Shown one piece after another: positions 7,747 to 14,152 of a DNA stretch of 15,655 nt (position 1 is the first letter of the stretch; the number at the start of each line of letters is the position of its first letter). The notes beneath the pieces were generated by a model. That model had not been told where the DNA came from. It made no database searches and saw only the letters and a program-made list of their open reading frames with translations. The stretch is from NCBI GenBank assembly GCA_031409655.1, contig JANNXQ010000186.1, positions 1 through 15,655 of the forward strand, in the 5' to 3' direction. Source of the DNA: Chthoniobacteraceae bacterium (GTDB lineage Bacteria > Verrucomicrobiota > Verrucomicrobiia > Chthoniobacterales > Chthoniobacteraceae). Position numbers and translations under genes: made by a program.

Positions 7747-9140
7747 GCCGCGAAGAGCGCGCGGTGATGGCGGTACCAGTCGCTCGTGAAAAGCTCCGCG
7801 GGATCGTGCGCCTGCTTCCTCTGCAAGAACTCCGCGAAGCGCGGATGGCACGCCTCGACCTGCGCGCGTGTGGCCCAGCGATGGTAGGTGAGGTAGTAGC
7901 TCCCGCCGCACGCGATCGCGAGGTCGATGAGGTCGCGGAATTTTCCCTCGGCGGCGGCGAGTCCGGCGGGCGTGTGTTCGACGTGGAGATTGAAGATGAT
8001 GCACGCCCACGGCTCGCGCGCCCAGGCGAGGAAGCTCTCGTCGTCGCGTTCGACGAGCCGCACGGTGCCATAGACCACGGGCACCTCGCCGTCGCGCAGA
8101 GCATCCGCCGCACTGCCCATGAACGACGCCAGCGCGCCGCGCGGGACGTAAATCTCGGTGATCATCTCGCTGCCCGGATGCGGCGTGCCGAGGCGGCGGT
8201 CGAGCGCGGCGTGGTAATCGTCGAGGTAGAGACTGAGTTGGTGCGTGTCGCTCCAATAGCGCTGGCCGTGCGTCGAGAGATAGTAGCCGGAGTATTCGCG
8301 GAAGACCTCCGCGCGGTCGGTGTGTGCGAGTTCCAGCAGGCGCCGCCAGTCGGCCTCGCGCAATTGCTCCTGCCCCGCGGGCATCGCTGCGTCTTCGGCG
8401 ATGCGGTGATACGCGGAGAAGACGCCGCGCCGCAGGAAATCCGGCGAGCGTTCGTCGATCGAATACTGGAAATCGCCGAAGAGCCAGTCGCGCGTGTCGC
8501 GCTCCTCGGGCACGCGCAGGAGTTCCTCGAGCGTGAGCACTTCCACGCAGCGCTCGACTTTCACCCGCGGCATGAGCCGCAGCGTCACGTCGGCGATCAC
8601 GCCAAAGAGCCCGTAGCCACCGATGGCGAGACGGAAAAGCTCGGCATTCTCCGCGCGCGAGCAGCGCCGCACTTCGCCCTGCGCGTCGATGAGCGTGAAG
8701 GCTTCCACGTCCGCCACGATGGGCGGCATTCGCAATCCGCGCCCATGCACATTCGCCGCGAGTGCACCGCCGAGCGTGAGGCGGTCCGCGCCGGTTTGCT
8801 TTTGCCGAATTCCCCACTGTGGGCCTTCCGCGCGCTGCCACGCGGCGCAGCCTGCGATCAGCGCGGGCCATTGAATGCCGGCATCCGCGGTGATGACACC
8901 GCGCTCGCGATCGAAGGTGTGAATCGCCGCGTGTCCGCGCACGTCGAGCAGCCACGCCTCGGCGGCGAATTGCTGTCCGCCCATCGCGTGCCGCCCGCCG
9001 CTGAGCGCCAATTGCGCGCCCGCTGCCCGTGCCGCGCGGACCGTGGCGACGAGCGCGTCGAGGCCGACTGGATCGAGGACGCGCGCGACCGTCGTGGCGT
9101 TGAGTCGGGAGTGGATGTCGTTGACGAGTGTGCCGCTCAT
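7743..9140 (-). CDS. FAD-binding oxidoreductase (PCMH/FAD_binding_4; DprE1/aldonolactone-oxidase-like)
   Basis: SGGRHAMGGQ, TLGGALAANVHGRG, LFRLAIGGYGLFGVI and C-terminal GGSYYLTYH...KQAHDPAELF. Confidence 0.9.
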   Translation of the reverse strand: MSGTLVNDIHSRLNATTVARVLDPVGLDALVATVRAARAAGAQLALSGGRHAMGGQQFAAEAWLLDVRGHAAIHTFDRERGVITADAGIQWPALIAGCAAWQRAEGPQWGIRQKQTGADRLTLGGALAANVHGRGLRMPPIVADVEAFTLIDAQGEVRRCSRAENAELFRLAIGGYGLFGVIADVTLRLMPRVKVERCVEVLTLEELLRVPEERDTRDWLFGDFQYSIDERSPDFLRRGVFSAYHRIAEDAAMPAGQEQLREADWRRLLELAHTDRAEVFREYSGYYLSTHGQRYWSDTHQLSLYLDDYHAALDRRLGTPHPGSEMITEIYVPRGALASFMGSAADALRDGEVPVVYGTVRLVERDDESFLAWAREPWACIIFNLHVEHTPAGLAAAEGKFRDLIDLAIACGGSYYLTYHRWATRAQVEACHPRFAEFLQRKQAHDPAELFTSDWYRHHRALFAA

Positions 9141-9155
9141 GGCGCGGGCAGCGTG

Positions 9156-10061
9156 TCAGAGATCCACGCGCGAGGCGAGCGCCACGGATTCGCCGACGGC
9201 AAGCGGCGAGCGGTCGAGGCCGTGTGGTGCGAGGAAACGCGCGCGTAACTCGTCCGGAGTGCTCATCGTTTCGAGCCGCCAGCCCTGGCGCGCGGTGAAA
9301 TCCGCGGCGTGCGCGCGGTCGAGTCCCCAGCGAAATGGCTCCCCACGCCAGCGCAGCCACGCATGAAGCGACAGCGAACGGCCCTGAAATCCGAGCGGCT
9401 GGTCCGGGCGTGCTTCGAGAAAAGTGAATGCAAATTGGCTGCCGGGGCCAGCCGCGGCCGCGGCAGTTCGCAGCAAGGTCTCGACGCTCTCCACTGGTAG
9501 ATACATGAGCAGACCCTCGGCGACGAAGAGCGTCGGCGCGTGCCGGTCGAAACGCGGCGTGCTGTCGAGCGCGTTCGTTACCGATTCCAGCGCCAAATCT
9601 GCAGCCACGAGCGCCGGCACTTCCGCGGCGGGCTCCGTGGCAAACGCGCGCCGTTTGACTGCCTGCGTCGCCGGATGATCCACCTCGAAGCATGCGCAGG
9701 CCGAATGCGCGCGCTGGACGCGCCAGGCCAGCGTGTCCAGCCCCGCGCCGAGGATCACGAGTTGCCGGCACCCGGCGGCGAGAGCGTCGCCTGCGATCCC
9801 GTTGAGCAGGAGCTTGCGTGCGAACCAGTGCAGGGCAATGCCCGGCAGCACCGCGCGCTCCGCGGCGAAGAGCGCCGCGCGCGACCACTTCCAGCGCAAG
9901 GCTGCATCGAACCACCGGGCGGGTGCCGCCGCCGCGAGCAGGCGCCGCGTCAGCTCCGCACTGTCCGGCACGAGCAGTGGGCGCAGTGCGGGCGCAGCAT
10001 CCACGAGCAACAGACTGCGCGCGATGATTAGAGCCGTATCGCTCGCTTGTCCGGGGTTCAT
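9156..10061 (-). CDS. Class I SAM-dependent methyltransferase (leucine carboxyl methyltransferase/TcmP-like family)
   Basis: SDTALIIAR, QLVILGAGLDTLAWR, FEVDHPATQAVKR, LVAADL and PTLFVAEGLLMYL. Start placed at MNPGQAS (10061). Confidence 0.92.
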   Translation of the reverse strand: MNPGQASDTALIIARSLLLVDAAPALRPLLVPDSAELTRRLLAAAAPARWFDAALRWKWSRAALFAAERAVLPGIALHWFARKLLLNGIAGDALAAGCRQLVILGAGLDTLAWRVQRAHSACACFEVDHPATQAVKRRAFATEPAAEVPALVAADLALESVTNALDSTPRFDRHAPTLFVAEGLLMYLPVESVETLLRTAAAAAGPGSQFAFTFLEARPDQPLGFQGRSLSLHAWLRWRGEPFRWGLDRAHAADFTARQGWRLETMSTPDELRARFLAPHGLDRSPLAVGESVALASRVDL

Positions 10062-10163
10062 ACGCGCGCATTGTCTGCGCGCCGATCGGAACCGCAAGCC
10101 ACGCGCGCTGCCTTTGCCGTTGCGCTCGGTGTGTGTGCTCGCTAGACGATTTGCCCTCGCTTC

Positions 10164-10191
10164 ACTCTCAACTCTCAACTCCCCACTCTCC
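10164..10191 (+). repeat. Heptamer tandem array directly before a start codon
   Basis: ACTCTCA ACTCTCA ACTCCCC ACTCTCC, then CCT-ATG (10195). Confidence 0.75.
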
Positions 10192-10194
10192 CCT

Positions 10195-11229
10195 ATGGCT
10201 CAGAACGCATTTCATGCATCGATCGAAGGCGCGCAACACGGCGGCAAGTCGCTCGCGCAATTCCTGGACTACGCCAAGGCCGCGGGCGCGGCGGGGGCGC
10301 AGCCGAGCAATTACATGCTCAATGACGGCAAAGGCGGGCTGAAAAAGGCGAAGGAGATTCGCGAGACCTTTGAGTCGCGAGGGATGAAGCTGGATGGCAT
10401 CTCGGCGCACTGCCCATTCTGGGTGCATACGTCGATCTGGACGGGGACGAAGTCCGGCCACCCTTTTATCGCGCCGGAGGTGGCGAAGCTCTCGCCGGAG
10501 AAGATCGAGGCCTGGCATGAGAAGTATCTGCTCAAGCTCATGGATCTGACGGCGGAACTCGGGGTGAAGTCGCTGCCGATGTTCTGGGGCGTGGCCTTCG
10601 GCTGGGAGCTGGCGACGGGGTATCCGTGGGGATTTTGGGCGGGGCCGGGCTACGATTTGCTGAAGGAAGGTCAGGAGCGTTTCGTGAAGAAGACGAAGAA
10701 GCTGCGCGATCATGCGCGGAAGCTCGGCATTTATCTGTGTCACGAGATTCATCCCGGCACGGCGGCCTCGACGGCGGATGACTTTAATATGCTCGTGGAC
10801 ATCTGCGACGGGGACAAAGTGCTCGGCGTGAATGCCGACCCGTCGCACTGCTGGGAAGGGGAGGACTGGGAGACGCGTTTCCTGAAAGTCGGGCCGCGGG
10901 TGTATGCGGCGCATGTGAAGAATTTCGTGGTGCGTCGCGGCTTCCCGCTGCGGGCGATGCAGCCGAGCTGGACGAAGCGCGCGATGCAGTTCACCGACCT
11001 CGCCTCGGGCGATCTGAACATGCAACGCTACGCGGAGTTGCTCCTCGCGATCGGCTACCAGGATCGCTACTGCAAGCTGCACAAAACGAAGAGCGCCCCG
11101 CTCGTGGTCGAAGCCGAGAGTGCGCACAAGGAACTCGATTTTTGCTCCGCCGACGGGATCGCTTACGTGGCGAAGAACCTGTGTTTCCCGCAGGCTGGTG
11201 GGAGCTTTGAGGAAGGCATGGGCGCGTAG
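10195..11229 (+). CDS. Sugar phosphate isomerase/epimerase (xylose-isomerase-like TIM barrel)
   Basis: Metal-ligand motifs CHEIHPG, NADPSH, AHVKN and VVEAES; clean codon bias; start MAQNAFHASIEG. Confidence 0.88.
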   Translation: MAQNAFHASIEGAQHGGKSLAQFLDYAKAAGAAGAQPSNYMLNDGKGGLKKAKEIRETFESRGMKLDGISAHCPFWVHTSIWTGTKSGHPFIAPEVAKLSPEKIEAWHEKYLLKLMDLTAELGVKSLPMFWGVAFGWELATGYPWGFWAGPGYDLLKEGQERFVKKTKKLRDHARKLGIYLCHEIHPGTAASTADDFNMLVDICDGDKVLGVNADPSHCWEGEDWETRFLKVGPRVYAAHVKNFVVRRGFPLRAMQPSWTKRAMQFTDLASGDLNMQRYAELLLAIGYQDRYCKLHKTKSAPLVVEAESAHKELDFCSADGIAYVAKNLCFPQAGGSFEEGMGA

Positions 11230-11239
11230 TTTCCCCGCC

Positions 11240-11629
11240 ATGCGTCACCTCTCCCTCATCGCCGTGGCGGGTCTCGCTTTCATCGCTCCGGCGGTCGCGG
11301 CCCCGCCTAAGAAACCCGCCGGAAAGGCCAAGCCTGAAGCCGTCGATCCTTTCATCAAGAATACGATCTGGACGGGCATGGTCGCGGCGGTGAATGCCAC
11401 GAGCATCAGCGTGACCAGCGACAAGGCGCTGACCCGTCAGTTCTCCATCTACTCTGGGACGATCATCGGGCCGGGAGCGAAAGGCACGCTCAGCGATCTG
11501 CAGGTCGGTGGGCGGGTCATCGTGAGCTTCAGCGAGGTGCCAGGCAGTAATGTCGCGAAGGCAGAGAACATTTCCCCGCCGAAAGAACCGAAGGTCGGCG
11601 CTCCTCGGAAGAAGAAGAAGAAGCCGTAG
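11240..11629 (+). CDS. Small secreted basic protein, probable OB-like beta domain (DUF5666-like)
   Basis: Signal peptide MRHLSLIAVAGLAFIAPAVAA, core TGMVAAVNATSISV...LSDLQVGGRVIVSF and Lys-rich ends; starts 10 nt after the upstream stop. Confidence 0.8.
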   Translation: MRHLSLIAVAGLAFIAPAVAAPPKKPAGKAKPEAVDPFIKNTIWTGMVAAVNATSISVTSDKALTRQFSIYSGTIIGPGAKGTLSDLQVGGRVIVSFSEVPGSNVAKAENISPPKEPKVGAPRKKKKKP

Positions 11630-11666
11630 GCCAGAGGCTGGGCTAGGGATGCCACAGAGGGATGAA

Positions 11667-11828
11667 CCATGCCTATCCGATTTGTTGCCAAGCTTCCTGA
11701 AATGGAGACAGGATTCACAGGATTTAGAGGATTACAGGATTTCGACAGGTGGAATCCCGTGAATCCTGCCAATCTTGATAATCCTGTCCTACTCACCCGC
11801 AATGTGGCAACGAAACGGATAGGCACGG
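11667..11828. mobile_element. MITE-like element, 162 bp, with 24-bp imperfect terminal inverted repeats
   Basis: Left CCATGCCTATCCGATTTGTTGCCA (11667-11690) and right TGGCAACGAAACGGATAGGCACGG (11805-11828) match 21/24 when inverted. No transposase and no clean target-site duplication seen. Confidence 0.55.
11707..11788. repeat. Inverted 8/9-mer tandem array (ACAGGATT x4 / AATCCTGT x4)
   Basis: g ACAGGATTc ACAGGATTt AGAGGATT ACAGGATTt ... AATCCCGTg AATCCTGCc AATCTTGAt AATCCTGTc. Confidence 0.88.
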
Positions 11829-11834
11829 GATGGG

Positions 11835-11922
11835 CCACAGAAGGCACAGATCACACAGATAAGAAGAGGGAGACCGTTTCAGGGGCCCTCCTCCCATCTG
11901 TGCCCATCTGTGTCATCTGTGG
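11835..11922. repeat. Inverted 9-mer tandem array (CACAGA x3 / TCTGTG x3)
   Basis: CCACAGAAG GCACAGATC ACACAGATA ... CATCTGTGCC CATCTGTGT CATCTGTGG. Confidence 0.85.
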
Positions 11923-12008
11923 TCGAACGATCCGTGGAATCTCTGGTCGAGGGGCAGTGGGATGTGGCCCAGGTAGATGAGGCGGCCGGTCATTTCTGGA
12001 AATTTGTG

Positions 12009-12037
12009 TTGCCAGCAAGCCCGGCGTCGGCTTTCTT
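12009..12037 (+). promoter_or_regulatory. Putative promoter of rpoA-rplQ
   Basis: TTGCCA-17 bp-TTTCTT-CCGCGC. The context ggc[-10]ccgcgc is nearly identical to the HNH promoter, but the -10 lacks the consensus A. Confidence 0.4.
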
Positions 12038-12065
12038 CCGCGCTCCCAAGCGCCAGCCAGAAATA

Positions 12066-12132
12066 GCCCCGTTGGTCCTCGGGCGACGATGATCGCATCG
12101 TTCGCCGCACTGCGCCGAGGGTAACCCGGGGC
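12066..12132 (+). promoter_or_regulatory. Structured 5' leader hairpin upstream of rpoA (candidate cis-regulatory RNA)
   Basis: Nested helices GCCCCG/CGGGGC, TCCTCGG/CCGAGGG and GCGACGATG/CATCGTTCGC. Confidence 0.5.
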
Positions 12133-12144
12133 AAAGCCATCGCA

Positions 12145-12237
12145 GATTGACGATTGCAGATTGCAGGTTCAACGGCGGCCATCAGGCCGCCCGCTCACTG
12201 CCAATCTGAAATCCAAAATCTGAAATCTGAAATCCTA
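12145..12237. repeat. Inverted heptamer tandem array (GATTGCA-type / AATCTGA-type) ending 2 nt before the rpoA ATG
   Basis: Left arm GATTGAC GATTGCA GATTGCA; internal hairpin GGCGGCC-ATCA-GGCCGCC; right arm AATCTGA AATCCAA AATCTGA AATCTGA AATCCTA. Confidence 0.85.
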
Positions 12238-12239
12238 AT

Positions 12240-13262
12240 ATGCCAGTTCGTCTCGGACGTTTCGAAATGCCCAAGAGCCTCGTGAAAGACGAGGATACGG
12301 CCACCGCCACCTACGCCAAGTTCATCGCTGAGCCCTTTGAGGCCGGCTACGGACACACCGTGGGCAATTCCCTCCGCCGCGTGCTCCTCAGTTCCATCGA
12401 GGGCGCGGCCATCACCACCGTGAAAATCGTCGGTGCGAATCACGAATTCCAGACGCTCCCTCATGTGGTCGAGGACGTCACGGACATCATTCTCAACCTC
12501 AAGAAGGTGAAGTTTAACGTCGTCGATCACGACGTGCGCAACCTGGAGATCAGCGTGAACAAGGAAGGCGCCATCACCGCCGGCGACATCCAGACCACGG
12601 CGGGCGTCGAGGTCGTGAACAAGGATCAGCACATCGCCACAGTCGATAAGAAGCACCGCTTTGAAGCCGAAGTCAGCGTGCGTCTCGGCCGCGGGTTCTC
12701 GACCGGCGACGAAAACAAGTACCCCGACATGGCGATCGGCGTCATCCCGATCGACTCGATCTTCTCGCCGGTGACTCGCGTGAAGTATGCCGTCGGCACC
12801 ACCCGCGTGGGCCAGCGCACTGACTACGACAAGCTGGAACTCGAAGTCTGGACCGATGGCCGCATCACCCCGGAAGACGCGCTGGTGCAGGCTTCTTCGA
12901 TCCTCAAGAAGCACTTTGAGCCCTTCTTTGGCTACGATGAAAACGCTGTCGTCTTCGACGAAACCGCACCGCAGCAGAATCAGGAGAACGTCAAACTCAA
13001 GAAGCTGCTCAACATGTCGGTCAACGAGATCGAACTCTCCGTCCGCGCGGCGAACTGCCTCAACAACGCGAACATCACCACCGTCGGCCAGCTTGCGATG
13101 AAGAGCGAAGCCGAGATGCTCAAGTATCGGAACTTCGGCAAGAAGTCCCTCAACGAGATCAAGGAAAAGCTCACCCAGCTCGGCCTCTCGCTTGGGATGA
13201 AATTCGAGTCCGGTCTCGTCGATTCCAACGCTCTGGCCGATGCCAGCCTCAGCGTCCAGTAG
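12240..13262 (+). CDS. rpoA: DNA-directed RNA polymerase subunit alpha
   Basis: EPFEAGYGHTVGNSLRRVLLSSIEGAAIT, VEDVTDIILNLK, IPIDSIFSPV, RVGQRTDYDKL; alpha-CTD ELSVRAANCL...RNFGKKSLNEIK. Confidence 0.99.
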   Translation: MPVRLGRFEMPKSLVKDEDTATATYAKFIAEPFEAGYGHTVGNSLRRVLLSSIEGAAITTVKIVGANHEFQTLPHVVEDVTDIILNLKKVKFNVVDHDVRNLEISVNKEGAITAGDIQTTAGVEVVNKDQHIATVDKKHRFEAEVSVRLGRGFSTGDENKYPDMAIGVIPIDSIFSPVTRVKYAVGTTRVGQRTDYDKLELEVWTDGRITPEDALVQASSILKKHFEPFFGYDENAVVFDETAPQQNQENVKLKKLLNMSVNEIELSVRAANCLNNANITTVGQLAMKSEAEMLKYRNFGKKSLNEIKEKLTQLGLSLGMKFESGLVDSNALADASLSVQ

Positions 13263-13289
13263 GCCGCTTTTTCCCAAGAACCACACTCC

Positions 13290-13811
13290 ATGCGACACCA
13301 AAAAAAGACGGTCAAGCTGGGCCGTAAAGAGGGGCACCGCAAATCCCTCCTCGCGAACCTCGCGGTCAGCCTCATCGAACACACCCGGATCAAAACGACG
13401 CTCGCCAAAGCCAAGGCCGTGAGGCCCATGGCCGAGAAGCTCGTCACCATCGGCAAGAAGGGCACCCTCCACGCCCGACGCACGGCGAAGGCGGTGCTGC
13501 GCCAGGACGGAGCCGTGAAGAAACTCTTCGCGGAAATTGCGCCCCGCGCCGCCGCTCGCAAGGGTGGCTACACCCGCATCATCAAGCTCGGCCAGCGCAA
13601 GAGCGACGCCGCCCCGATGGCGCTCATCGAGTGGGTGGACGCGCCGCAGATCGTCGAGACCGTGACGCCTGAGCCAAAGCCCGCGAAGAAAGCCGCGAAG
13701 GCCAAAGCCGCTCCTGCCGAAGCCGCCGCACCCGCGGAAGGCACCGAGGAGGCGAAGCCCGCGAAGAAGCCACGCGCCAAGAAAGCTGACGCGAAGAAAG
13801 ACGCCGAGTAA
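13290..13811 (+). CDS. rplQ: 50S ribosomal protein L17 with Ala/Lys/Glu/Pro-rich C-terminal extension
   Basis: MRHQK...[15 protein letters not shown]...IKTTLAKAK...[25 protein letters not shown]; follows rpoA. Confidence 0.99.
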   Translation: MRHQKKTVKLGRKEGHRKSLLANLAVSLIEHTRIKTTLAKAKAVRPMAEKLVTIGKKGTLHARRTAKAVLRQDGAVKKLFAEIAPRAAARKGGYTRIIKLGQRKSDAAPMALIEWVDAPQIVETVTPEPKPAKKAAKAKAAPAEAAAPAEGTEEAKPAKKPRAKKADAKKDAE

Positions 13812-13840
13812 GGCTCCGCTTCCCACAAACAACTCAACCG

Positions 13841-13877
13841 AAAGGGCGGGACCGCAAGGTTCCGCCCTTTTCTTTTT
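13841..13877 (+). terminator. Rho-independent terminator of rpoA-rplQ
   Basis: Stem AAAGGGCGGGACC / GGTTCCGCCCTTT with a GCAA (GNRA) loop, followed by TCTTTTT. Confidence 0.9.
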
Positions 13878-13890
13878 GCGTTCGGGCGCG

Positions 13891-14059
13891 GAGTTCCCGG
13901 GAGCATAGGCGTCCCGCCTGTGGGTCGCGGCGTCCCGCCGCGACGAACTTTCCCTGCCCGCTGGCTTCCGAAAGAGCGCCGAAATTCAGGACGCGGTGGG
14001 AAGTTCGTTTCGGCGGGACGCCGAAACCCACAGGCGGGACGCCTATGCTCCCCGGACTC
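13891..14059. repeat. REPIN-like long inverted repeat (arms of about 62-64 bp, each with two GGCGTCCCGCC hairpins)
   Basis: Left arm GGAGCATAGGCGTCCCGCCTGTGGGTCGCGGCGTCCCGCCGCGACGAACTT; reverse complement of right arm GGAGCATAGGCGTCCCGCCTGTGGGTTTCGGCGTCCCGCCGAAACGAACTT. Confidence 0.9.
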
Positions 14060-14152
14060 GCTGCCGCGCGTATCCTCACTCAGCGCTTTCTCGTTGCCCT
14101 CGGAGGGCGCGCCATGCGTCAACTTGCACCATGAACTCTCTCCCGCACCTGA

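Noticed and set aside
7117..10071. 984-aa minus-strand ORF as a single gene
   Set aside because: Only the last 209 aa (from ATG 7746) look like a real protein. The rest is an Arg/Ala-rich off-frame reading of the methyltransferase and oxidoreductase in high-GC DNA.
9733..10194. N-terminal extension of the TIM-barrel ORF
   Set aside because: Overlaps the methyltransferase antisense and runs through the promoter and repeat region.
11640..11950. CRISPR array
   Set aside because: The units are 8-9 bp, adjacent and inverted; there are no 23-47 bp direct repeats with unique spacers and no cas genes.
11449..11980. Short ORFs across the repeat region (132 aa minus, 103 aa plus)
   Set aside because: Their peptides (NPVNPANLDNPV, SVPICVIC) are translations of the 9-mer arrays.
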